NCBI GenBank assembly: GCA_963761305.1
Contig: CAVXGK010000002.1
Coordinates: 2,176,001-2,240,000 of the forward strand
DNA length: 64,000 nucleotides
Direction: 5' to 3'
Origin: an uncultured Gemmatimonadaceae bacterium
GTDB taxonomy: Bacteria > Gemmatimonadota > Gemmatimonadetes > Gemmatimonadales > Gemmatimonadaceae
Shown here: positions 55,875 to 64,000 of the stretch, piece after piece
How the letters are laid out: each line of letters opens with the position of its first letter
How positions within the stretch are numbered: position 1 is the first letter of the stretch
The notes under the pieces: model-generated
What the model was told of the DNA's origin: nothing
Databases searched by the model: none
What the model saw: the letters and a program-made list of their open reading frames with translations, nothing else
Translations under genes and position numbers: made by a program

Positions 55875-56291
55875 ATGCGAATACATACATTGGTCATAGC
55901 AGGCGCGATCGCTGCCATCGCAGTCACAGCGGGCTCGGCGCGCGCCCAGGAGCCGGACCACCCAAGCACCCCCAAGAAAGTGGGCGCGGCGGTGCACCAC
56001 ACGCTCAAGAAGACGGGCAATGCGACCAAACGGGACGTGAAAAAAGTCGGTAGCGCGACGCACCAGGTCCTGAAAAAGAGCGGCAACAAGGTGAAGACTG
56101 TGGGTGGGGAGGTAACTGGCATCCACAAGGTCGGTGGAACCGTCGGCAATGCGGCGCAGTCAGTCAGCCGAACGGGCAAGTCGGTCGGCCGGACGGCCAA
56201 GCACGACTTGAAGTCGACCAAGGCCGGCGTCCACCACGGCCTGCAGACGGCTGGTGATTCGACCAAGGCGGCCATCAAGAAGCCGGAGTAA
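55875..56291 (+). CDS. Secreted basic protein with 11-residue repeats (paralog A)
   Basis: GGAG SD; signal peptide MRIHTLVIAGAIAAIAVTAGSARA; KKxG-anchored 11-mers. Confidence 0.8.
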   Translation: MRIHTLVIAGAIAAIAVTAGSARAQEPDHPSTPKKVGAAVHHTLKKTGNATKRDVKKVGSATHQVLKKSGNKVKTVGGEVTGIHKVGGTVGNAAQSVSRTGKSVGRTAKHDLKSTKAGVHHGLQTAGDSTKAAIKKPE

Positions 56292-56314
56292 CGAAGCAAT
56301 CCGCTCGGTGAACC

Positions 56315-56344
56315 GAACCCTCCGCAGAGCATCGCGGAGGGTTC
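56315..56344 (+). terminator. Hairpin after paralog A
   Basis: GAACCCTCCGC-8-GCGGAGGGTTC. Confidence 0.55.
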
Positions 56345-56364
56345 CGTCGTATGGCGGAGTATTT

Positions 56365-56602
56365 GGTGGACCGGTGGACCGGTGGACCGGTGGACCGGTG
56401 AACCTGTGGACGGAAGAGACCGAGCTCGGCGCGGGCTTCCGACATCAATCCGTTGCGCTCAACTTGGACGCCCAAGCGTCCGCCGACCTGAACGGCCTGT
56501 CCACCTGTCCACCTGTCCACCTGTCCACCTGTCCACCTGTCCACCTGTCCACCTGTCCACCTGTCCACCTGTCCACCTGTCCACCTGTCCGCCCGTCCAC
56601 CC
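56365..56602. repeat. Inverted pair of octamer arrays: (GGTGGACC)x4+ ... (CCTGTCCA)x11+ running into the GTG start
   Basis: Arrays at 56365-56412 and 56496-56602, ~83-nt spacer. Confidence 0.93.
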
Positions 56603-57328
56603 GTGAAAGGCCAGATCATCGCCATGGGCGGAGGCGGATTCTCCATGGAACCGGAGAATCCCCTCCTCGACGACTACGTTCTGGCGCAATCGCGCCGAGC
56701 GAAACCGCGCATCTGTTTCCTGAGTTGCGCGAGCGGCGACGCCGCGGGCTACATCGAGAGGTTCTATACCGCCTTTCGCCGGCGACGCTGCGAGCCGACA
56801 CACATCCCGATGTTTCAGACGCCGCCTCCGGACATCGCCGGCATCGTTCCGCGACAAGACATCTTCTATGTCGGCGGCGGCAACACGCGAAATCTTCTCC
56901 TCGTCTGGCGCGAATGGGGATTGGATCGCCTGCTCGCCCGCGAGTGGCGGCGCGGCAAAGTGTTCGCGGGATTGAGCGCCGGATCGCTCTGCTGGTTCGA
57001 GTCCGGCGTCAGCGACTCGTTCGGTCCGCGACTCGCGCCCGTCTTCGCGCTCGGCTGGCTCGCCGGTAGTCACTGCCCGCACTACGACGGCGAAGCGGAG
57101 CGCCGTCCGTCGTACCACAAGTTCGTGCGCCGAGGAACGCTGCCCGCCGGCTACGCCGCGGACGACGGCGCCGCGTTGCACTTCGTCGGCCGGCGCTTGC
57201 ACCGGGTCGTGAGCTCACGCCCGAACGCGAAGGCATATCGCGTCGCGAAATCCGGGCGCACCGTCGTCGAAGAGCCGCTCGAAACCGAGTTTCTCGGCGC
57301 GCGGCGACGGCGGCGGCGAAGTGGCTGA
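56603..57328 (+). CDS. Peptidase E (S51 family)
   Basis: IIAMGGGGF, YVGGGNT, GLSAGS and HCPHYD. Confidence 0.9.
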   Translation: MKGQIIAMGGGGFSMEPENPLLDDYVLAQSRRAKPRICFLSCASGDAAGYIERFYTAFRRRRCEPTHIPMFQTPPPDIAGIVPRQDIFYVGGGNTRNLLLVWREWGLDRLLAREWRRGKVFAGLSAGSLCWFESGVSDSFGPRLAPVFALGWLAGSHCPHYDGEAERRPSYHKFVRRGTLPAGYAADDGAALHFVGRRLHRVVSSRPNAKAYRVAKSGRTVVEEPLETEFLGARRRRRRSG

Positions 57329-57395
57329 ACGCAAGGTTGCCTCAGTCTGCCGGATCTTGGCGTTACCTGCGGCCCCGTCCGTCCATCTGACAAGT

Positions 57396-57557
57396 ATGAC
57401 AAAGCTGATCATCTTCGTCGGCGCGACCGTGGGCAGCGGGATCGGCTGGTGGCTCGGCGACTTCGTGGGAATGTTCACGGCGTTCACGCTGAGCATGGTC
57501 GGCACCGGCATCGGGATGTACGCCGGCCACCGCATCGCCGTCGAAAAGTTCCAGTAG
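57396..57557 (+). CDS. Small Gly-rich membrane protein, 53 aa
   Basis: Two hydrophobic helices (VGSGIGWWLG; SMVGTGIGMYAG). Confidence 0.7.
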   Translation: MTKLIIFVGATVGSGIGWWLGDFVGMFTAFTLSMVGTGIGMYAGHRIAVEKFQ

Positions 57558-57821
57558 GATCGGGCTCGATCAAGCGCGATCGGCGAGCGCTTCGCATTGG
57601 CCCGCGGTCCAACGCCCGCGATTCGCGGGGTCTTTGTGCGTCCAGGCCGTCCTCACGATCGCCTAAGGAAACGCGCAATCGTCGCTCGCACAGCCGCTTG
57701 CGACACTGTGGCCGGCGCGCGGTTTGGACTGTGCCCGCGTCTTGCACTTTGAGCAGGTGCAAGGCTCGCGGCGCGGACAAAGCCGCGACGCGAAGGAACC
57801 GGAAGAAACGCAGGAGTTACC

Positions 57822-58184
57822 ATGCGTATTCATACCCTACTCATAGCGGGCGCGCTCGCTGGTCTGATGGCAACGGCCGGCTCGGCGCGCGCCCTGGAAG
57901 CGGGCGCACCGGTGCACACGATGAAGCTGGCCAGCGTTGGCCACAAGCACATCAGGAAGCACCGCACCTCTGAAAAGCACCTCGCCATCACGAAGGACGG
58001 CGCCCGGACGCGAAGCGCCCCGGGCACGGTGAGCCGGTCGCTGATGGGTAAGTCCAGCCGATCGGTGAAATCGAACGGCCTCGCCGTTCGCCGCTCATCG
58101 AAGCACCATCTGAAATCGAGCAACGCCAGCATGAAGCACCACAAGAAGGTGCACAACGCGAAATCAGCGAAGAAGTACCAGTAA
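57822..58184 (+). CDS. Secreted Lys/His/Ser-rich protein (paralog B)
   Basis: AGGAG SD; signal peptide MRIHTLLIAGALAGLMATAGSARA; KHH motifs. Confidence 0.78.
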   Translation: MRIHTLLIAGALAGLMATAGSARALEAGAPVHTMKLASVGHKHIRKHRTSEKHLAITKDGARTRSAPGTVSRSLMGKSSRSVKSNGLAVRRSSKHHLKSSNASMKHHKKVHNAKSAKKYQ

Positions 58185-58237
58185 CTTCGCCGACTCAGCG
58201 GATCGAATAGGCAACTAGCACCTGAAGGATCCGAAAC

Positions 58238-58275
58238 ACGACGCCCTCCGCCAGCACATCGGCGGAGGGCGTCGT
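58238..58275. terminator. 15-bp hairpin between convergent paralog B and rpsG
   Basis: ACGACGCCCTCCGCC-8-GGCGGAGGGCGTCGT. Confidence 0.7.
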
Positions 58276-58298
58276 CGTTGTGAGGTCTATAAAGAACG

Positions 58299-58769
58299 CT
58301 ACCAGCGATAGTGCGCGAACGCCTTGTTCGCGTCGGCCATGCGGTGCGTGTCTTCCTTCTTCTTGATCGCGTTGCCTTCGCCCTTGGACGCGGCGATGAT
58401 CTCGGCGGCGAGCTTCTCCGACATCGACTTCTCGTTGCGCTCGCGCGAATACGAGATCAGCCAGCGCATGGCGAGCGCGGTGCGGCGCTCGGGACGCACT
58501 TCGACCGGCACCTGGTACGTGGCGCCGCCGACGCGGCGGCTCTTCACCTCGACGACCGGCTTGATGTTCGACAGCGCCTGCTTGAAGACGTTGACGCCCG
58601 GCTGGCTCGTCCGCGATTCCACGAGGTCCATCGCGCCGTAGAAAATGCGCTCGGCCGTGGACTTCTTGCCCTGCAGCATCATCGCGTTGATGAACTTCGA
58701 AACCGTCTGGCTGTCGTAGCGAGCGTCCGCGAGGATAGGACGCTTCACCGATCCTTTGCGGCGGCTCAC
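58299..58769 (-). CDS. rpsG: 30S ribosomal protein S7
   Basis: [12 protein letters not shown] and [15 protein letters not shown]. Confidence 0.99.
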   Translation of the reverse strand: MSRRKGSVKRPILADARYDSQTVSKFINAMMLQGKKSTAERIFYGAMDLVESRTSQPGVNVFKQALSNIKPVVEVKSRRVGGATYQVPVEVRPERRTALAMRWLISYSRERNEKSMSEKLAAEIIAASKGEGNAIKKKEDTHRMADANKAFAHYRW

Positions 58770-59152
58770 TTCTTACCTCCGGCCTTCGGCTTCTTCGTGC
58801 CGTACTTCGAGCGGCTCTGATTGCGGCCGTTCACACCCGACGCGTCGAGCGAACCGCGCACGATGTGATAGCGCACGCCCGGGAGATCCTTCACACGACC
58901 GCCGCGCACGAGCACGATCGAGTGCTCCTGCAGGTTGTGGCCTTCACCGGGGATGTAGGCGATGATTTCGAAGCCGTTCGTCAGGCGAACCTTGGCGACC
59001 TTTCGGAGCGCGGAGTTCGGCTTCTTGGGCGTCGTCGTGTACACGCGCGTGCACACGCCACGACGAAACGGATTGGACTTGAGCGCGGGCGACTTCTCTT
59101 TCTTCGCGACGTCGCTGCGGCTGCGGCGTACGAGCTGGTTGATCGTCGGCAT
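58766..59152 (-). CDS. rpsL: 30S ribosomal protein S12
   Basis: [20 protein letters not shown] and [10 protein letters not shown]. Confidence 0.99.
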   Translation of the reverse strand: MPTINQLVRRSRSDVAKKEKSPALKSNPFRRGVCTRVYTTTPKKPNSALRKVAKVRLTNGFEIIAYIPGEGHNLQEHSIVLVRGGRVKDLPGVRYHIVRGSLDASGVNGRNQSRSKYGTKKPKAGGKK

Positions 59153-59230
59153 GAATTCCCTAATTCGAAACGGGATAACCCCGTGGCTGCGCTTCCCGCC
59201 GAGCCAGGAGTGGACCGGGGGAGACTGGTA

Positions 59231-59259
59231 AACGTAGGTTGGACGTGAGCCGATGTCCA
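59231..59259 (-). promoter_or_regulatory. Putative rpsL promoter
   Basis: Minus strand TGGACA-17 nt-TACGTT. Confidence 0.5.
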
Positions 59260-59296
59260 GTCGTAATCCGTTGTTCCAGCGACGGATACGGTCGGC

Positions 59297-62035
59297 TCAG
59301 TCTGCCCTCAGCGCCGACATCGGGTCGGCCCTCGCCGCACGCCACGCCGGGATCGCACTCGAACCGATCGCCAGAATCCCAAGCACCGCCGCGCCGAGCC
59401 CCAACACGACAGGATCGCGCGGCGACGTCGCGTAGAGCAACGCCGCCACCACCCGGCCTCCGACCAGCGAGAGCGCGAGACCGCAGACGATCCCGGCGAT
59501 GACCAAGCGCGCCGCATCGCCCACGATCAGGCCGACGATGTTCGCGCCCGACGCACCGAGTGCGGCGCGAATCCCGAGCTCGCCGATGCGCTCGCTGACC
59601 GAATACGCCATCGCGCTGTACACGCCGATCGCCGCGACCAGCAGCGCCAGCGCGCCGAAGACACCGAACAGCGTCGCGCCCAGGCGCCACGGACGCAGCT
59701 CCGGCTCGACCAACGACGAGACCGTCTTTACGTACGGCGGCTCCGCGGTCGGAAAGATCGTGCGAAGCACCGCGCGCAGCGTCGTCGTGACGCGCGCGAG
59801 TTGACCCGGGGCGGCGCGCACGAGGAGATACGCCGGCCGCCCGAAGAACCCCGTCTGCTGCGCGACCGCCACGAACGTCTCAGCGCGCGGGCCCTCGACC
59901 AACTGCGCGAGATGAGAGTCCTTGGTCACACCGATGACGCGCATGCACGGTGCTGTCGCCTTGACGAGATGCAAACACTGCCCGAGCGCGTCGCGCCCGG
60001 GCCAGTAGGCTCTCGCGGCGGTCTCGTTCACGACGGCGACCGGCGCGGCGCTCGCGTCGTCCGCGTCGCCGTACAATCGGCCGCGGCGGACCTCGAGGCC
60101 GCTCGTCGCGAAGAACGACGGCGTCGTCGCCCGCACCGTTGCGTCGCGATTACTGACGTCCGGGACCGCACCCGAATCGGTGAACAGGCTCACCATCGCG
60201 TATCCGCCGAGCGGCGGATGCGTCGTGAGCGCGGCGCCTTCCACGCCCGGCGCGTGCGCCATCTCGGCGAGCGCCGCGCGCAGTCCGGCGGCGGTCTCGG
60301 CGCGATGCGTCTCGCCGAAGTAGTCGATCGTGTTGGTGCTGTCGTTCACGAAGAACACGGCACCGAAGGCGAGCCGGTCCACGTCGTACCCGACATCGAT
60401 GCCTTTCACGTCCTCGAGACTCTTCGCGAACAGTCCGGCGCCGACGATCAGCACGAGCGACAACGCCGTCTGCGCGATGACGAATACCGGACGAAGACGC
60501 GAAGCCGCCGCCGCCCGATCGCGCACGCCGGTCTTGAGCGCGCTCGCGAGGTCCGACCGGCGCGCGTGGAGCGCGGGCGCGAGGCCGGTGAGGATTCCGG
60601 TCACGATAGAGATCGCGAACGTGGCGACGGCCGTCCGCCAATCCAGCGCCGCGCCGCCGAGCTGTTTGTCGGGAAGTATGAGTCGCGCCAGAGCCGGCCC
60701 GCACCAGAGCGCGAACGCGGCGGCGATCGCGCCGGCGACGAGCGAGAGCGTCACGCTTTCCACCAGCAACTGCATGAGCAATCGCCCGCGCGACACACCC
60801 AGCACCAGACGAACCGCTACCTCGCGCCGGCGCGACACGGCGCGCGCGAGCAGCAGGTTCGCAACGTTGGCGCACGCCACGAGCAGTAGCACGAGCGCCA
60901 CGCCGAGCAGTCGCGACACGATCGCGACCTCGGTCCTGGGCTGAATGCTCGGGCCGAGCGATTCGAGAATCGGCCCGAGGATGACGGTCGCTGTATCGGC
61001 GCCCCGCGCCACGTGCTCGAGCTCACCGTGTCGAAACGCCGCTGTCGCCGCCGCGGCAAGGGGCCCGTCCGCGGCTCCCGCTGCGACGCGTGCCACGACC
61101 CGGACTCGCGGCGAGCGCCGCCACCCCGTGTACCACGGATTCTCCGGAGACGTCTCGGCCACGTTGGAGATCGGAAGCCAGACGTCGGTCGCGTCGAGAT
61201 CTGTGCCGCGGAATCCGCGAGCGGCGACGCCGATGACCGTGTACCGCTGCCGGTCGAACCACGCCTGGCGTCCGATGATGTCGTCGTCGCCGGCGAAGTG
61301 GTCGCGCCAATACGCGTCGCTGATCACGGCGACGAAGACCGGGCTGCCGAACTTCACCTCGTTCGGCGCAAACGCCCGCCCGCGCTCGATGGCGACGCCG
61401 AGCAAGGGAAAGAACGAGGCGTCGACGTAGGAGCCGAGTACCACGGAGCGATCGTCGGCGCGGCCGACGACCACCGAATCCGGAGTGGTGTACGCCGTGA
61501 ATTTCGCGCGACCTTGCGCCGACGCAGCGACGGCACCGAACTGCGGGTACCCGATCGCCGAGTGGATCTCCAGCACCTGCCCGGCCGACCAGGTGGAGCG
61601 CGTGTAGACTCGGCGAAGCTCGTCAGGACGCGCGATGCCGGCGGGCGGCCGCACGAACAGGCGGTCGGCGAGCGACAATACGGCTACGTTCGCGCCGACG
61701 CCGAGCGCGAGCGTCACGACGATCGTCGCCGTCACGACCGGCGCGCGCCTGAATCCGCGGAGCGCGTAGCGAACGTCTCGCACAATCCGGTCGAACCACT
61801 CGGACGTGCCGCGTGAGCGCTGGACACGCTCGTCGATCTCGCGCAGCATCGCGGCGACCGTGCTCACGTCGCCGAGCTCGGCCATCGCTTGGCGCTTCGC
61901 CTCGTCGGGTGGAACTCCGGCCGCGGTCAGCTCCGCGACGCGTTCACCGAGATGAAACCGCAGTTCGTCGTCGATGTCGGCGCGGACGTCGGCGCGCCAG
62001 AACCGCAGGTATCGGCGCCAGGCGGGAGTCGGCAT
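59297..62035 (-). CDS. Duplicated ABC-type permease (ADOP / MacB-FtsX family)
   Basis: DIDDELRFHL prefix, TLALGVGAN, LLVACANVANLLLAR, GIRAALGA and DPMSALRAD. Confidence 0.92.
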   Translation of the reverse strand: MPTPAWRRYLRFWRADVRADIDDELRFHLGERVAELTAAGVPPDEAKRQAMAELGDVSTVAAMLREIDERVQRSRGTSEWFDRIVRDVRYALRGFRRAPVVTATIVVTLALGVGANVAVLSLADRLFVRPPAGIARPDELRRVYTRSTWSAGQVLEIHSAIGYPQFGAVAASAQGRAKFTAYTTPDSVVVGRADDRSVVLGSYVDASFFPLLGVAIERGRAFAPNEVKFGSPVFVAVISDAYWRDHFAGDDDIIGRQAWFDRQRYTVIGVAARGFRGTDLDATDVWLPISNVAETSPENPWYTGWRRSPRVRVVARVAAGAADGPLAAAATAAFRHGELEHVARGADTATVILGPILESLGPSIQPRTEVAIVSRLLGVALVLLLVACANVANLLLARAVSRRREVAVRLVLGVSRGRLLMQLLVESVTLSLVAGAIAAAFALWCGPALARLILPDKQLGGAALDWRTAVATFAISIVTGILTGLAPALHARRSDLASALKTGVRDRAAAASRLRPVFVIAQTALSLVLIVGAGLFAKSLEDVKGIDVGYDVDRLAFGAVFFVNDSTNTIDYFGETHRAETAAGLRAALAEMAHAPGVEGAALTTHPPLGGYAMVSLFTDSGAVPDVSNRDATVRATTPSFFATSGLEVRRGRLYGDADDASAAPVAVVNETAARAYWPGRDALGQCLHLVKATAPCMRVIGVTKDSHLAQLVEGPRAETFVAVAQQTGFFGRPAYLLVRAAPGQLARVTTTLRAVLRTIFPTAEPPYVKTVSSLVEPELRPWRLGATLFGVFGALALLVAAIGVYSAMAYSVSERIGELGIRAALGASGANIVGLIVGDAARLVIAGIVCGLALSLVGGRVVAALLYATSPRDPVVLGLGAAVLGILAIGSSAIPAWRAARADPMSALRAD

Positions 62036-62065
62036 GCCTCAGTGTACGCCGGCGTCCTCATTCAA

Positions 62066-63376
62066 TCAAGTGTTGAGGGAATGAGCCACCGGCAGCGCGT
62101 CCCGCGCCCGCACGGCCGAGGTAAAGGGCCCGAGCAAGTGGGCGATGCTGTTCGCGTAGTAGCTGATCAGCTCGCGGCCGCGCGGCAGCACGGCGAATCC
62201 GTCGCCCGATTCGGCGAGCACGCGCCGCATCTGGAGCATGCGCCACGCGCGCTCGAACGTCTCGTCGATGCCGCGGTCGTGGCGAATGACTCGGGCGTTC
62301 AGCTCCAGCAGCACGTCGCTGAGATCGCCGATGCGCTCGAGCAAAGCGGCGCGCGGCAGGAAGTCGCGGTCGAGGCTTTGGATCGCGGCGCAGGCAAGCG
62401 GCACCGGCGTGACGGGAATCAATTCGCCGATACGCGACATCACCGAATCGCACAACGCCTGCACGCGCGCCCGACGCTCGTGTTTCGGCAGCTCGAACAA
62501 ATCGCGGTTCTCCGCGAACCACGGCTCGAGCGGAATCGCGCGACCGATCGTGACGGCCGCTCGCCCGTAGCGTTTCCATCGGCGGAGCGCGAGTCGCGTC
62601 ACGCTCCAGCCGACGTAGCGTGAGACTTCGCCGAGCTGCGCGACCCGCGACGGGAGCTCGCGTCCCTCGGTGGACGCCAACTCTCGCAGCAGCGAGCGAT
62701 CCTCGAGCACGCGGTCATAATTGACCGCGACCGGCACGATGTGGAGTCGAGGCACGAACGACGGATCGCGCGCGATGCCGAGCACGTAGTCGAGGAGCCC
62801 GATCTTCGGCGACTTGAGCGTCCCGTCGCGCGTGAGGCCGCCCTCGAGAAAAATGCCCTGCGTGATCCCATCGGAGGCGGTGATCTGAACGTAGCGCTCG
62901 AGCACCGCGTGATAGAGCGGTTCGCGGTAGCGGCGGCGTACGAAATACGAGCCGAACGCCTTGAAGATGTGCTCGAGCGGAAACGCGCGCGCCCACTCTC
63001 CGACGGCGTACGAGAGCGCGACCTTGCCGGCGAGAGCGTAGCTCACGAGCACATAGTCGGCGTTCGACCGGTGATTGATCAGGTACACGACGACTGCGTC
63101 GCTCGGCAGCGGCTCGTCGCGCTCGTAGTCGACAGTGACTTTGTAGAAGAGATCGAGCAACCGTCCGGCCACGACGTAGCCCGCGCGATGAAACGCCGCG
63201 CCGCCGAAAAATGGAACGATCTCGCGGGCATAGCCGGCGACGATTGCTCTCGTCCCCGCCTCCGACAGCCCATTCGCCGCGGAGTGGGCGCGAATCGCCG
63301 ACGCGACCGCCGGATCGTTCAGCAAACGCTCACGAACCGCCCGACGGTTCATTGAAGAGCTCCCGGTCGACCACAT
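62066..63376 (-). CDS. Glycerol-3-phosphate acyltransferase (PlsB-like)
   Basis: NHRSNADY (HX4D), FVRR and FLEGGLTRDG; alternative start at 63352. Confidence 0.85.
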   Translation of the reverse strand: MWSTGSSSMNRRAVRERLLNDPAVASAIRAHSAANGLSEAGTRAIVAGYAREIVPFFGGAAFHRAGYVVAGRLLDLFYKVTVDYERDEPLPSDAVVVYLINHRSNADYVLVSYALAGKVALSYAVGEWARAFPLEHIFKAFGSYFVRRRYREPLYHAVLERYVQITASDGITQGIFLEGGLTRDGTLKSPKIGLLDYVLGIARDPSFVPRLHIVPVAVNYDRVLEDRSLLRELASTEGRELPSRVAQLGEVSRYVGWSVTRLALRRWKRYGRAAVTIGRAIPLEPWFAENRDLFELPKHERRARVQALCDSVMSRIGELIPVTPVPLACAAIQSLDRDFLPRAALLERIGDLSDVLLELNARVIRHDRGIDETFERAWRMLQMRRVLAESGDGFAVLPRGRELISYYANSIAHLLGPFTSAVRARDALPVAHSLNT

Positions 63377-64000
63377 CTACGACTGCTGAGTGCGCCGACG
63401 TTCGGAGGCCGCGAGCGCGTAGATCTCCTCATGGCGGTCCAGCCACGCCTCTGCCCCGAACGCGGTCGCGAGTCGTTCCGTCGCGCGGCGCGCTCGCGCG
63501 GCGGCGGCTTCGGGATCGGCGAATACCGACGCGATCGCGTCCGCCAGCGCTGCCGGGTTCTCGGATGGAACGAGCGTCGCTTCGTTCTCGGATACCACAT
63601 CGGGCACGCCGCCGACACACGTTGCCACGACCGGCGTCCCCGCGGCGATCGCCTCGAGCAACGCGATTGGCGTTCCTTCGGTGCGCGAGCTTTGCACGAA
63701 GACGTCGAACGCCGCGCAGAGGCGGCCCGCCGTCGGAACCATTCCCTGCCAGGCCACCCGCGCCCCGACGCGTTCGGCGTGCGACGTTTCACGCCCACGC
63801 TCAGGACCGTCGCCCAACACGCAGCCCAGTACTCGTTCGCCTCGGAGACGCGCGATGGCGTCCACGAAGACGTCGATTCCCTTTTCGTGTGAGAGGCGTC
63901 CGACCCATCCGACGACGCGCTCGTCGGGCGAAAGCTCGAGCAAACGGCGGGCGTCGGCGCGCGGCATCGGATCCGCGACCAACGCGAACGCGTTGCGGAG
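63377..64000 (-). CDS. Glycosyltransferase family 4 (5' end outside window)
   Basis: VGRLSHEKG and EGTPIALLEAIAAGTPVV. Confidence 0.9.
   Translation of the reverse strand, partial: LRNAFALVADPMPRADARRLLELSPDERVVGWVGRLSHEKGIDVFVDAIARLRGERVLGCVLGDGPERGRETSHAERVGARVAWQGMVPTAGRLCAAFDVFVQSSRTEGTPIALLEAIAAGTPVVATCVGGVPDVVSENEATLVPSENPAALADAIASVFADPEAAAARARRATERLATAFGAEAWLDRHEEIYALAASERRRTQQS

Overview
GC-rich bacterial window, most consistent with Gemmatimonadota (inferred from gene content and style: ADOP-type permease, Gly/Arg-rich secreted enzymes, eukaryote-type GlyRS). The left 38 kb holds housekeeping and accessory genes: HDAC-family, two sensor kinases, glyQS, a VapBC toxin-antitoxin pair, purA, pilT, trpS, suhB, ftcd, peptidases, an amidase, a GMC sugar-oxidation operon and ilvE. 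The right part is the minus-strand ribosomal superoperon, rpsL-rpsG // fusA-tuf-rpsJ...secY // adk-map, interrupted twice. A GxxExxY PD-(D/E)xK nuclease gene with octamer-built inverted repeats sits between secY and adk, and a 3.1-kb block with two paralogous secreted Lys/His-rich proteins sits between rpsG and fusA. The most unusual signal is non-coding. (i) Octamer arrays (GTCCACCT/GGTGGAC family) hug gene boundaries with a polarity rule: one orientation before start codons, the other after stop codons. (ii) Two ~110-bp palindromic elements share conserved arms but have different cores. (iii) The GxxExxY gene is itself framed by octamer arms. Together these suggest a candidate nuclease-associated repeat system. 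No rRNA, tRNA or CRISPR array was recognised. All calls are by eye, without database searches.
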